The notes under the pieces: model-generated
The model's database searches: none
What the model was told of the DNA's origin: nothing
The model's input: only the letters and a program-made list of their open reading frames with translations
Program-made: the position numbers and the translations under genes
In this document: positions 27,201 to 37,874 of the stretch, piece after piece
Layout of the letters: every line of letters starts with the position of its first letter
How positions within the stretch are numbered: position 1 is the stretch's first letter
NCBI RefSeq assembly: GCF_037042905.1
Contig: NC_087251.1
Span: 8,868,001-8,932,000 of the forward strand
Source: Lytechinus pictus
Taxonomy: Eukaryota
Direction of reading: 5' to 3'
DNA length: 64,000 nt

Positions 27201-30200
27201 TTACATGTAAATGCACACTCAGACCTAACTGATTAAAGGTCAAGTCCACCCCAGGAAAATGCTGACTTGAATAAATAGAGAAAAATCAAACTAGCATAGT
27301 GCTGAAAATTTCATCAAAATCGGATGTAAAATAAGAAAGTTATGACATTTTAAAGTTTCGCTTATTTTTCACAAAACAGTGATATGCACAACTAGTTGAG
27401 TCAGTTGATGATGTCCATCACTCACTATTTCTTTTGTTTTTTATTGTTTGAATTATACAATATTTCATTTTTTATAGATTTGACAATAAGTACCGACTTG
27501 ACTGAACCATATAGTGTTAAACAATGCTAATTCCACATGTTCAGGGTGGAATTAATCGTTTTTCACTTGACAATGAGGACATAATTAGAATATTTCATAT
27601 TTCATATAATAAAATACAAAAGAAATAGTGAGTGGATGATGTCATAGTCTCCTCATTTGCATACCAGCCAGGATGTGCATATAACTGTTTTGTGAAATTA
27701 AGCGAAACTTTGAAATGTCATAACTTTCTTATTTTACATCCGATTTTGATGAAATTTTCAGTGTTATGCTTGTTGGATTTTTCTCTTTTTATTCAAATAA
27801 ACTTTTTGTTGCGGTGGACTTGTCCTTTAAACAAAACAAGCATGGTATACAATACATGTTCAGAAGTACTTTATGTATTTTTTTCTCACATCCAATGTTT
27901 TTATTCATAATTATGTTTGGGGTAAGTTGGAACATGTTCCAACTAGCCCCTTCAATTTTGTTCCAACTAACCCCGGAGGCCCATTTGACGTTCACAAGCT
28001 TACAGCACAAAAAAGGGACTTCACCATGGCATATTAATAACCTCATTTTGTAGCTTGGTATAAGTGTCTATTATACCCCAAACTGGTCAACTTGATCTAT
28101 AAACTTCTGAGATAATACAACATTTCTGAAAGAGAAAAAAATTACTCAGAAGGTGAAAAAACAAAAATTCCTTTCTAATTTCACCAGGCTTGTTGCACAT
28201 GTGTTGTCTGTAATATGGTGGATGGCTGTTGATGACAATAAATTGAGGGCAGTATTGCAGAAATTTATTTAAAGACATTAAAGAAAATTACAATGTTTCA
28301 ACTTCTCCCCTACCATTTGTCAATACCATATTCAATTTTATCACTGAACATGGATTGCAAAGTACAATGTACACATCTTAAAATGATGGAAAATGTTTAT
28401 TCATGTAATTAGACTTAAAGTGGTGTACATGTAGTGTCCTCTAGTACACATGTACAGTATGAACATATTGTCAAGGAAAATATGGAGGCAAAGCAGTGCA
28501 CTATTTTGCCCACCACATAATTCCCAGCTTTGCAATGAAAAGATGATTACTGACATTCTGACAATGTAAAAATTAAAATGAAATCAGAACAAGTTTATAT
28601 TCTAAATCCAATTTTTTTTTGATGACATTAGAATTAATGTACGTCGTCTAGTAAAAGAAAAAAAACATCATTTTGAATTTTTAGTCAACTTTTAGTCACT
28701 TCATGCATTGGAGCAATTGAGGGTATTGTCCTTGGGGTTTGTTCATTAGTTTGCTGCCCAGCTCTGGAAATTGCAACTTTAAACTTTAGAAAACTGTTTA
28801 GATACCGATAATATGATTTTTATTCATAAGTTCATTTAGGCCCTATACATCTCCTTAAAAAAATCTTTTAAACAACTTTCCACTTGGGTTTGATTCCCTA
28901 TTCATCCACACAGTAAGACCGCAGCCCGCGCGATAATGAGCATATTCACAGAGATTTATTCAGCGGCCCTCTAGTGGTCACCAAGGAAAATGTGCGATCA
29001 ATTTGGCTTGATTTTCCCACTGAATTGGAGGGGCTGAAGTTATAGCTCTGTACTGGTCGCTAACTTCAGTTTACGTTGAAACGAATTGTGGTAAGTTATT
29101 CTCAAGACCTTCATCTACATTTTGATATATAATTTTCCATATTTCGACATTTTCAACCTAACATTTTTACCTCTTCAATTGATGCTTATTTAAGTAATAT
29201 TTTAACTGCGATTTTGTAGTTGGAATTTCACTTTTGGTTCCTGACTTTGCTACATAACCAAATTGTTTCGATCAGGGTTTTTTAGAAAGAAGAAAAGTCA
29301 CTGTTCAAAATATGTCAGAACCAACTTGATGCAAACTCACCTTATATTTTTATTTTAGAGAAAATGATACCCTAAAAATCAAGAAATTTACGTTTTACCC
29401 GGAAGTAACCTTCTCGTTCACTCTACGATGGCGCGAAATAATGCAAAAATTACGTTCGTCGCGGGTTGGTAGAAATTCGCCTTTGGTCCCATACGTTGAA
29501 ACTTCTGTAATGATGACAGATGGCTCGCATTGTATGTGACTGTGGACGGTAGACTTGTTTTTTTTAAATTAAGACTTAATATAAACGAAGCTCAATAAGT
29601 AGATCCCTTCTAAAGTTTTATTTAATGATTATCAGGTTTCCAAATTCCATCAAGTTTTTATAGATTGAGATATTTCTTGATTTATGTTGAAAATTGTTAA
29701 CCTTTTTTCTTAATTAGTCAAAGTTGAGTCCCATGATCATGATGATTTTTGCCCCAGGCTTCGGTTAAGAATGAAATGATGATTAGCTAAGACAGTCTAC
29801 TCTAGATTATAAACAGTTTAAAGTCAAACTAAAAAGTCTGGTACTACCGTACTCAGTAGTATTTATAAACCATTTTGTTCAAATAAAAAAAATTGTGGCT
29901 GTCACAGACAGTACTTAGTCTCTTGACTTTAATACATGTAACATAATTCATACTTTGAATGATTATTTAGTAATTTAGACTATTTCTCTCTTTTTTTTGG
30001 TCTCTTCTACACACAGATCTGCATACTTGCTGACTCTGGTCTCTGCTCGCTACTTCATTCTGGGAGATTCCATCATGAACTATAATGGTCAGACTATGAT
30101 TTGGACAAAGCTCTTTTTTCGTTTGCAAATTTTGGACTGATAATGATACAACAGAAAATTGATCTTTATCGATATTGGAAACAAAAAAATTAGAGCACAG

Positions 30201-33200
30201 TTTTGGGGAGGACTAAGAATACTGACTTGGACAGGAATACAGCTTGACAAAAATAAAAATTCACAATTCAAAACCAAAGAAATTTTTAATGTTACTAATA
30301 GTGTATTGCAAGAAACTTTCTACTCAATCACACATTCCAAAATTAAGGGTAAGTCCTTTGATTAAACACAAACATGTAGTTGATTTGCAATTGAACATAA
30401 GTTTCTTGCAATGCCCCATAATCATATTTTGTTCTCAAGCAACTCTGTTATATATGTTATCTAATGTGCTGAAGGTTGAGTGCCATGTATGTTCACAATT
30501 TTTTTTCGAAAGGTATAATATATTTGTCCTTTTAAACGGTATTCGAATGTGGTTACGCCTTGTTTTTGTTTTCCACAGTAATTATTTTTGCATATATGAA
30601 CAGAAGTGAAATATTTGTTGTGAAGCACTGTATGAATGTTGTGTGATCATGGAGCTATGGTGTGATGGTATTATAATTAATTCATAATTTTTGTTATAAG
30701 ACTGTAAACCTGGTGGATGTGAGGGAGTGGCCTGGATGAAAGGAAAGTGAGCATGTGTCCAATTACTGATTTGCATATGTTTAGACAATTTTGTTCATGG
30801 ATAAATATTAATGTGCATTCCCTATATTCCATGCAAAGAGTAAAGGAGAAGTCCACCCCACCAAAAAATTAATTTGAATTTAAAGAAAAATGAAGTATTG
30901 CAGAAAATTTCATAAAAACTATGATTCAAAATTCAAAAAATTACTATCGGACATTGAGAAATTTGCCTAATTTTATAAAAAAATTATATGCTCAATGTGC
31001 AAATTACAGAACCGATTATGTCACACGCACTCTAATTTCTTGTGTATTTTTTGTTTGATACATGTACATGACATGTATATATTATTTTAATTTTCTTTAA
31101 CAAATTTTGAGAGGGATTTTAATGCCTCCATTAACATTCGTAGTTTCCATAAATGTAACCTATTGTGATTCGATGAAGAGTTTTTAGATCAAATTTGCTA
31201 AAATTGATATAATAAAATGCAACAAAAATTTAAAAAGTAATGTGATGTGAGTAACATAATCAACTCTATTTGCATACCATTGTTTTGTGTATATACATGT
31301 AACTGTTTTGTGTTAAAAAAGGGAAATTTCTGTATTTATTCAAATAATATGTTGTTGATGTGCACTTGACCTTTAACTCACTTCCCTTCCCACCCCTGCT
31401 CAAATAAGTGTAATCAAGAACTTCAAAATCAAAAGCAGTGATTAAGAAGAAGTAAGATTTAATCACAGAGCGATTAATAGCTCCATGATTTAATAAATAC
31501 AGGCCTAAATAGAAATTCCCATGAAAGTAAAAAGAGAATAAAGCTGGATAGGAACGATGAAGGAATATGATGTAAAGAAAAAGCAAAAATATATCCCCAT
31601 CACCCCCCCAAAAAAAATCAATCCGGCGGGTTTGAACCATGGTCCTTGCACACGTCAAAACATTGCTCTTACGCAATTCGCCATAGATCCTTTTCATACT
31701 ACTTCCAGGTTTTTTAAGCTATATGAAATGTTGTAAGTCTGTGCGCCGCTGATGACCAATCAGAACGCGTCGGCAATTCTACTGCAATTCCAATCATTTT
31801 GCGATGGACATTGCCGTGGTGTTTTGTGGTTCCTGACTTTGCTACATCATGAAATTTCATAATTCTTTTTCAGTTGTAAAGAAGAATGTCTACGCTTTAT
31901 ATTGATTATAATATCAATTTGACGCAAGTGTGATTTCGATGCAAAAATACGCTCTGTTTATTCACATATATATTTCTTGAAAAAAAATCATTTTTTCGAA
32001 GCTAAATATCGGTCTTCAAAATACGTTAAATGTGCATTTTATTGAACTGATCAGAAATTTCAAAGTTTTATCTATAAAATAAGACCAATTTTGTGAGGAA
32101 TAAACGATTCTAAGAGCAAAAAACACCGATATGCATAACCATGGTCGGCTATGCATACCGCTGAATAAAATGGAGCACTTTCAGACGGGCTGCGGACTGA
32201 CTGAATTTGTCAGACAGGGATCTCATGAATCGCATTTTGTATGTACATGTAGAACACTAACCTGTCTTAATTTCTTTTTTTTCCCCTGTGAAGAACAGTA
32301 GTGTATCATGTACAGTATGTATGCTCCCTTCTTTCTGTACAGTACATAAACTACTCTGCAGTGAGTGCAGTCATAAAAGAGTTTCAAAGTTCAATCTAAC
32401 ATACTCTGTTGTCAGATACAAAAGTGGTATCTGGAAACATGACAATGTAATTTCATGCACAGCAAAATGCTCTTTCAAATTACATCAATTGACAATCTTC
32501 CCTGCTTTCAAGATGCAAATTACACGACACTCATATTACATAAATAATTTTTTCCTGATTTTGGCAATTTGATTCCAATTTCATTGTATGCACCATGCAC
32601 ATGCAGAAAAGGGCTTGCCTTGATGCTAGTGAAAAGCACAATATATCTTATCTTAGAAGTCTGATAGTTGAGTTTCAAGTAAAATACTCAGCTGGCAAGC
32701 GATGAAAATATATGAATCGACAGGTGCTGTGATCACCCTTTTCTTTTACATTGATTTTAACGTGCATACATGTACATGTAGGTTGTGACTCTCTACACAG
32801 CTCCAACATCAGCATTCTTTCAGAAGGACTAAGTGCTTTCCAACTGCATTCAATGTTTGGCTTATTTTCTCTTGTTCTTGGGGACAATGCTTGATTTTTT
32901 GACACTGTCAGTTTCCACTACAGCAATTTATCATATAACATGGCTCTTATAAAGTAAATTGTCATTTAAAAATGACAATTTTCTTGCAATTTTACTTTCC
33001 ACCAATATAGGGTGTACACAAAAAAATGCTCAAAATTTAAGTTTTCGAGTGCTCTGGTGAATTAAAACTATCCCCAAGTTAATGAATGAAAGTTAAATTG
33101 CAACTGTCATGACTGTATGGATGGATGAATCTTACTACTCTCATTTCAGTGTTTTTGACAACCATCTTATCTGTCTGATTTACTTGTAAAATATGAACCT

Positions 33201-35923
33201 GTTCGAAATCTTAGATCACTTCAAGTCTTCATAAGGATTTATATAATGTGCCTGTTGTTAAAACAAAGTTTTATGGTGAACAGGGGTTTGAGCACGCAGC
33301 GCCGGAACTCTGGATTAGTACATGTATCCTAATTGCCCAATTTTTCAACTTGCCTTAAATTGTTTGGGAATCCCACACAATTTAAGGCAAGTTGATACAA
33401 TTCGGGCAATTTAAATCTGCATTGAAAACATATATTTATTGAACTGATAATAGTAATATGAAAGCATTACCAGCTCAGCTTTTCCTCATCCTACGAGCTT
33501 TTCTTGTTTTTCCTAACATGCTAAGACCTTTGTACAGCGCTATACAGTCCTACTAGTAGTATGTTTGGTTTTTAATACAAAAGTGATATTTTAATGAACT
33601 TTTTTAAAGTGTGTGCTGTGTACTGCATTGGCATACCATAGAACTAGATCTACATGTACATGTAGATTCCCCACAGGCAGGATGGTTGCAGTGAACAAGT
33701 AGCCTAGTACATGTAGGTCCTACATTAGACAGCTGGCAGCCGTCTGTTTCGAGGAGTTTTTTTAACATTTTAGTTTTTTTTTTTTCTCCTTGTACACAGA
33801 CGGCTCGCGATCGTCCAGCCGCCATTAGGGGATTAACAATGCAAAATCCCCCTGACGGGGCTCATCGATTTTTGTCTTTATATTCATAAAAATATGTAAA
33901 AAGAACTGGACCAAAATAAAGATTATTATTCCATCTTGGCCTGAAATGCACCAAAACAGGAAAAAAATAAACTTGAAACGACAAAAATAGTGATTTACTT
34001 CAGCTGTCGTGCAACTTCACTTCCTTGCTTTATCTGAACATATCATACATAAACATATGGCCATTGAGTCCCCCGGGGGGGGGCACTCAGTATATAATGC
34101 ATAGTGGGTATGTGCCGCGGAGGGGACCCCCATTTTCACACTCAAATTTTCGTTCCGAGGCATAGCATTTTTGTCTTATCGAGACAAAAAACAAAGAAAG
34201 CCGCTCCAAGGCATAGCACTTTGTTCTTATCGAGAAAAAAAAAGAAAGAAATCCGCTCCAAAGCTTCGCATATTTTTCGTTACGCCGTTCCGGTCGCATT
34301 GATCTGCTGCAATTTTGGTGAAAAGCGGCCGCCGAGCGCTGTCCGACCATCGTCTCTGCGCTAGCGCACCCAGCGGAGGCCGCGTATAGCTGCATCATGC
34401 ACGCATGCCCGTTCCATAAGGGTACATACGCACGTACTCGCACGCTGGCGATCCGTTCCAAGGACCCCCGTTTTCACAAAATTTGAGTTCCGAAGCCCGT
34501 TCCGAGGACCCTCCTTTTTACAATAAGCCCGCTCCAAGGCCCCCGTTTTTTGTCTCGCCCGCGGCACACCCCTACCACTTTTTTGGTCGAGTGCCCCCCC
34601 CGGGTTGAGTCCCTGTACAGATCAAGTTCGAACTTCGGTCTCTGTATTTGGTTAGTGGAGCCAACGGAGTTCAGTGGAACAACCAATTTAAAGGGGAATC
34701 CAGCCTTGGCTATAAAATGTTGTGTTGGGAAGGAGAAAAATAAATTAAACACAATAGTGAGAGTTTGAAAGAAATCAGACAAGCCATAAGAAAGTTATAG
34801 CTGCTTTAAAATTGAGATCACTAATACTATATAGATTTCAAATTGGCAACTGGGTAGGTACTGTAAATTATGACAAGGGGCAAGGACAACTTTCCCATAG
34901 GCCATGTAGGCCTACTTTATTATCAGGGATTTGTGGTTTTCTTCTAAGTACCCATTCCCCTGGGGCAGTAATCTAAATATAACCCAGGTACTATATTGTT
35001 TTATGTCCTCATGAAAGAAAAATATAATTTGAAATAAAACTTTTGGGAAAAATGACATTTCAGCCATAATATGTATTGGAGTACATGGAAGAGTAGTCCT
35101 TGCCTTACATCACTATGACATCCCATATGCGGCCAATTTGAAGTCTCCATGGGTATAGTGATTACCAATATTTACAACTTTATCAACTTGTCTGATTTTT
35201 CTTTTCCTTATAAAACAAGTTTTTATTTGGGTTGGATTCCCCTTTAACAGAGATCGAAGCTTTTGGTCTAGTCCTGGTACATGTACCTAGTAGTAGTATA
35301 CTAATACTAACCTCGCAATACGTGTGAGTGACCTAGGCTAAACTAGTGATTAGTGGCAGTTTAAATAAAATGCAACCTTTGATTTAATTAAAAATTGGAT
35401 AAATTAAGTTAAACACACAAAAAAGCAACAAAAGGTCAAGCACAAAGAAACAAGATTTTGAATCTGTAACATAGACACTACATGGAACTGAAGATTTATA
35501 TATTTATTTACCTGATACATTTATTTTTCCTCCTTGAAACCAAGCAATTTTACCCTCTTGAAGATTGCAGTCCATCACTTCATCAAACTTTCTGTACCAC
35601 CGCAATCTAGTCCTTGCTAGAGTTCCCCAGAAGGTCTCTGGCTCATTAAGTGAAAACTTATACAATTCTTCGTGTGAGTCAAAAGAATAACCCAGCGCTT
35701 CAAAATCGTTCAGTTCTGGGATGTTGGTTGATGAAACTTGCATCGCACGAACAGCTGCTGTAGAGCGGAACGATCTTACATCAGGTCCCCTGAAGTTCAG
35801 GCTACTTGGACTCCTCATGGATCCATAGACAACGGAGCTTCGAATCGCCGTGTTATTAAATGAATTTACAGCATTTCCTAACTGATTAAGCCTTTTCAAG
35901 CTTAATATGTATGTTGCTGCCAT
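9090..35923 (-). CDS. ACSS1: Acetyl-CoA synthetase, mitochondrial type (ACSS1-like), complete spliced CDS, 15 exons, 710 aa
   Basis: Exons (minus): 35923-35512, 22529-22433, 19269-19123, 18631-18579, 16998-16823, 16458-16306, 13602-13455, 12993-12856, 12637-12545, 12053-11944, 11367-11241, 11005-10878, 10387-10324, 9837-9716, 9254-9090. All introns GT-AG, phases consistent, total 2133 nt. Motifs [61 protein letters not shown]-rich, acid-poor N-terminus resembles a mitochondrial presequence; [10 protein letters not shown] resembles ACSS1 more than ACSS2. Confidence 0.93.
9716..9837 (-). CDS. ACSS1: ACSS1 exon 14
   Basis: [40 protein letters not shown]. Confidence 0.93.
10324..10387 (-). CDS. 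ACSS1: ACSS1 exon 13
   Basis: [21 protein letters not shown]. Confidence 0.93.
10878..11005 (-). CDS. ACSS1: ACSS1 exon 12
   Basis: [42 protein letters not shown]. Confidence 0.93.
11241..11367 (-). CDS. ACSS1: ACSS1 exon 11
   Basis: [42 protein letters not shown]. Confidence 0.93.
11944..12053 (-). CDS. ACSS1: ACSS1 exon 10
   Basis: [36 protein letters not shown]. Confidence 0.93.
12545..12637 (-). CDS. ACSS1: ACSS1 exon 9
   Basis: [30 protein letters not shown]. Confidence 0.93.
12856..12993 (-). CDS. ACSS1: ACSS1 exon 8
   Basis: [45 protein letters not shown]. Confidence 0.93.
13455..13602 (-). CDS. ACSS1: ACSS1 exon 7
   Basis: [49 protein letters not shown]. Confidence 0.93.
15355..16305 (-). 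repeat. Five tandem copies (about 60-77 bp) of the ACSS1 exon 6 3' end plus donor site
   Basis: Unit ...CATTCTCAAGCTGGTTACCTACTCTATGCCAGTCTAACTCATAAG|GTAGAT; third copy split by a MITE. Confidence 0.9.
15548..16130. mobile_element. Kolobok-like MITE (TTAA TSD, RR...YY termini)
   Basis: TTAA|AGGGATGGTCCGGGCTGAA...TTCAGCCCGGACCATCCCT|TTAA; about 190-bp inverted arms. Confidence 0.85.
16306..16458 (-). CDS. ACSS1: ACSS1 exon 6 (AMP-binding motif)
   Basis: [51 protein letters not shown]; donor AAG|GTAGAT. Confidence 0.93.
16823..16998 (-). CDS. ACSS1: ACSS1 exon 5
   Basis: [27 protein letters not shown]...ERDIQMEE. Confidence 0.92.
17224..18209. mobile_element. Tc1/mariner-like non-autonomous element
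   Basis: TA|CAGTGCGTATCAAAAAA..TTACACTTTGAAAAA and TTTTTCAAAGTGTAA..TTTTGATATGCACTG (right flank TG rather than TA). Confidence 0.75.
18579..18631 (-). CDS. ACSS1: ACSS1 exon 4
   Basis: [17 protein letters not shown]. Confidence 0.92.
19123..19269 (-). CDS. ACSS1: ACSS1 exon 3
   Basis: [48 protein letters not shown]. Confidence 0.93.
19787..20038. mobile_element. Degenerate MITE with GGGCCC termini
   Basis: GGGCCCCATTTTACAAAGACTTACAATTGATC / GATCAATCATAACTCTTTGTGAGACGGGGCCC. Confidence 0.55.
20549..21070. mobile_element. Kolobok-like MITE, diverged relative of 15548-16130
   Basis: TTAA flanks; shared arm TTTCATCAAAATC.GAT..CAAATAA..AAGTTATTGAA. Confidence 0.75.
22021..22187. repeat. Imperfect palindrome of about 170 bp (MITE remnant)
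   Basis: ATGGGTGAATTAAAGGTGAAAATG versus CATTTTCACCTCTAATTCACCCAT; outer GTCAT...ATGAC. Confidence 0.55.
22433..22529 (-). CDS. ACSS1: ACSS1 exon 2
   Basis: [36 protein letters not shown] boundaries. Confidence 0.92.
23100..23933. mobile_element. Kolobok-like non-autonomous element
   Basis: TTAA|AGACCCTGACCGG...CCGGTCTGGATCT|TTAA; internal inverted repeat about 23270-23400 / 23660-23790. Confidence 0.7.
24710..24895 (+). mobile_element. SINE body fragment (5'-truncated)
   Basis: CCACATTGTGCTG...ATGCTTGAG..CAGCTAAAGC.G.GGTAATAA shared with the tRNA-headed copy at 55036; ends in (ATT)n. Confidence 0.6.
26073..28310. mobile_element. TA-flanked DNA element hosting nested MITEs
   Basis: TA|GGGGAGA...TCTCCCC|TA; repeated GGG(T)AAGTTGGAACA motifs in both orientations; contains a piggyBac-like fragment and a Kolobok-like MITE. 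Confidence 0.55.
27237..27826. mobile_element. Kolobok-like MITE
   Basis: TTAA|AGGTCAAGTCCACC...GGTGGACTTGTCCT|TTAA with long inverted arms. Confidence 0.85.
28961..28980 (-). promoter_or_regulatory. Candidate CTCF-binding motif
   Basis: Minus strand TGACCACTAGAGGGCCGCTG resembles the CTCF core CCACYAGRKGGC; motif match only. Confidence 0.35.
30844..31372. mobile_element. Old Kolobok-like MITE, family of 27237-27826
   Basis: GTAA|AGGAGAAGTCCACC...GTGCACTTGACCT|TTAA; heavily diverged. Confidence 0.6.
32856..33700. repeat. Dispersed repeat, second copy at about 60072-60480
   Basis: TTTGGCTTATTTTCTCTTGTTCTTGG...GGTTGCAGTGAACAAGT in both copies; this one has about 450 extra bp including an 80-bp hairpin at 33331-33411. 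Confidence 0.7.
34072..34604. mobile_element. GC-rich MITE with CCCGGG termini, 8-9-bp TSD
   Basis: CCCGGGGGGGGGCACTC...GAGTGCCCCCCCCGGG; TSD TTGAGTCC(C). Confidence 0.8.
34692..35243. mobile_element. Kolobok-like MITE
   Basis: TTAA|AGGGGAATCCAGCC...GGTTGGATTCCCCT|TTAA. Confidence 0.8.
35512..35923 (-). CDS. ACSS1: ACSS1 coding exon 1
   Basis: [11 protein letters not shown]...[12 protein letters not shown]...[10 protein letters not shown]; donor G|GTAAAT. Confidence 0.9.
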
Positions 35924-36446
35924 ATTGATCTTCTATTGATTCCCAGTGTCGTTCAGATCAAGACATCGGGTCTTAAATAGTAAATATTGTGGTAAATGTG
36001 TCGATGGGTATTGTCGTATGGATCCGAGATGTGCTACGAATGCGGATATCGGCAAGGCAGTGAGAGCGCGCCCTTTGAAAACAATAACATATACCCGGTA
36101 TAAGTGCCTGTGTAATATGGAGCGGAGCAGATTGGATTGAGCAGCTACCGAAATAAAATGTTTGCATTATTTATCACCAAACTCCTGTTGGTAATGCCGA
36201 AAGTGTGACCTATGGAAGCTTTATTCTTACTTCGTCTTCAATCAAGTAGTTCCTACGTACGCTATGTAGGTCCTATATAACTTCTCCGGCATTTATAGGG
36301 ATAGGCCTATATAACAACAGAATCATGTTACTCACTTAAAAAAAATAGAACTTTAGAAAATTTGCATTACAACTTTAATATCGATGAACAGTGCCGCCTG
36401 TAACATCTTCTAATTATAGGCCCATTATATAGCCACCTACATGTAT

Positions 36447-36622
36447 CAGGGGGCGCGGAACGGTTTTCAAAGTGGGGGGGGGGGGGGCTGAGCCAAAAGT
36501 GGGGGGGTGGGCTGACCATGCTAAAAATCACAATCATATGGTCATTTTTACGTTTTTGTACACGGTTTTGGAAAAAAGCCCCCCCCCCCCCCCCCCGGAC
36601 CCCCGGTTCCGCGCGGCCCCTG
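36447..36622. mobile_element. MITE with 5-bp TSD, about 520 bp upstream of the ACSS1 ATG
   Basis: CAGGGGGCGCGGAAC...GTTCCGCGCGGCCCCTG; TSD TGTAT. Confidence 0.75.
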
Positions 36623-37455
36623 TGTATTCTATATGCCTATAGATTAGGCCTACAATACAGTCAGGCCGATGATCCACACGCAAGAAAAGTAGACCCAATG
36701 TACCGGTATATTCATTTTTAATTATACTTTTTAAAATAAATCATCCTCCAACTAATGGATACTTGATTCTGATATCATTTGACTTGCAATTGAATTTTTG
36801 TTTTGTTTTGTCAGCATAGGTCAAATGGTTTTGACTAATATAAATGTTAAGCAAGATATTGACCCATTAACACAGCCTATATCATAGCGGGACCTATATA
36901 TGTACTAAAAATGAAAAAAGTTCGTTAATTGCTCGAATCGTCGCCAGTGCAAGTAGCTAGGCCTATACGCATGCATGGATGATATACCTTTTCAACCTCA
37001 TTTGAAAGTGAATAACATAGGCCCTAACATGTTGAACTTCAGAGGAAAGTATAAATGTTTGCCGAAAAAGTAAGCAGTAATTAACATAAAGACAAATAGA
37101 CAACTATCAGTTTTAATAGATAATCCTTATAAAACATGGATTTCAAGGGGATTACCAACAGGCCTATAAAAGAACCACAAGGCTCTGCCTGACAGCGCCA
37201 AAATCACTCCCTTCATGCCCTTTCCGATGTGATGAGATAGGTAGCCATGCAACTTGATGGATCGGGACATTCTACTCGATCCTTTTTTCTTTCTCCTCAC
37301 TTTTTCACTTTTGGAACCCGGCTTTTGCAGCACGTGCCCCTTTCAGTCCTCTACAAACGCCACTGATCGATAATGTCGTCAATCTTCGTATTGTTGACTT
37401 GTTACTGTTGTTAGGGGGAGTAGTTGTGTTGTTTATCTTTACCAGAGGCATCAAT

Positions 37456-37874
37456 CGGGGGGGGGGGTGCAGTCAAATGTATTCCTGTACACATGCGCGA
37501 CCAAATTATTTCCAAACACCCCCTAAGCGAGTTTTTTCTCTGTGTTCAAAATAACCCCCTAAACAAGTTTTTCGCGGGCTTTGTTTACACAATTTGGCCC
37601 CTAAACAAGTTTGTCGCCAGAATATGACCTCGGGAAAGAAGCTTGAGGAAAACATACCCTAAAAATGTTTGGTTAGTCTTTAAAAAAAGCTTTGGAAAAA
37701 AACATACCCTGAATACGTATGACCCCGCAATTGACCATTGACCAGTCTTTCAAAACCATCCTTTTTCTTGAAAATCAGTGTTTTTGATACCCTTAACGAG
37801 TGCACTTTTTTTTTTGGGGGGGGGGTCACACAAAGTCATGTGTAAAGTTATATATTTGACTGCAACCCCCCGGG
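37456..37874. mobile_element. MITE with (C)CGGG termini, 8-9-bp TSD
   Basis: CGGGGGGG..TGCAGTCAAAT / ATTTGACTGCAACCCCCCGGG; flanks GGCATCAAT at 37447-37455 and 37875-37883. Confidence 0.7.

Larger units (their letters stand above)
33726..35271. mobile_element. Solo arm of the 67-1240 foldback family, interrupted by two insertions
   Basis: Matches 67-497 once 34072-34604 and 34692-35243 are removed. Confidence 0.8.

Noticed and set aside
28909..29544. CACAGT...ACTGTG ends resembling RSS heptamers (Transib/RAG-like element)
   Set aside because: Only a 6-bp match, no 5-bp TSD (ATCCA vs GACGG), no nonamer-like motif, no transposase.
34087..34782. Cluster of GC-rich ORFs near the ACSS1 5' end
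   Set aside because: They lie within nested MITEs defined by TIRs and TSDs and show no protein motifs.
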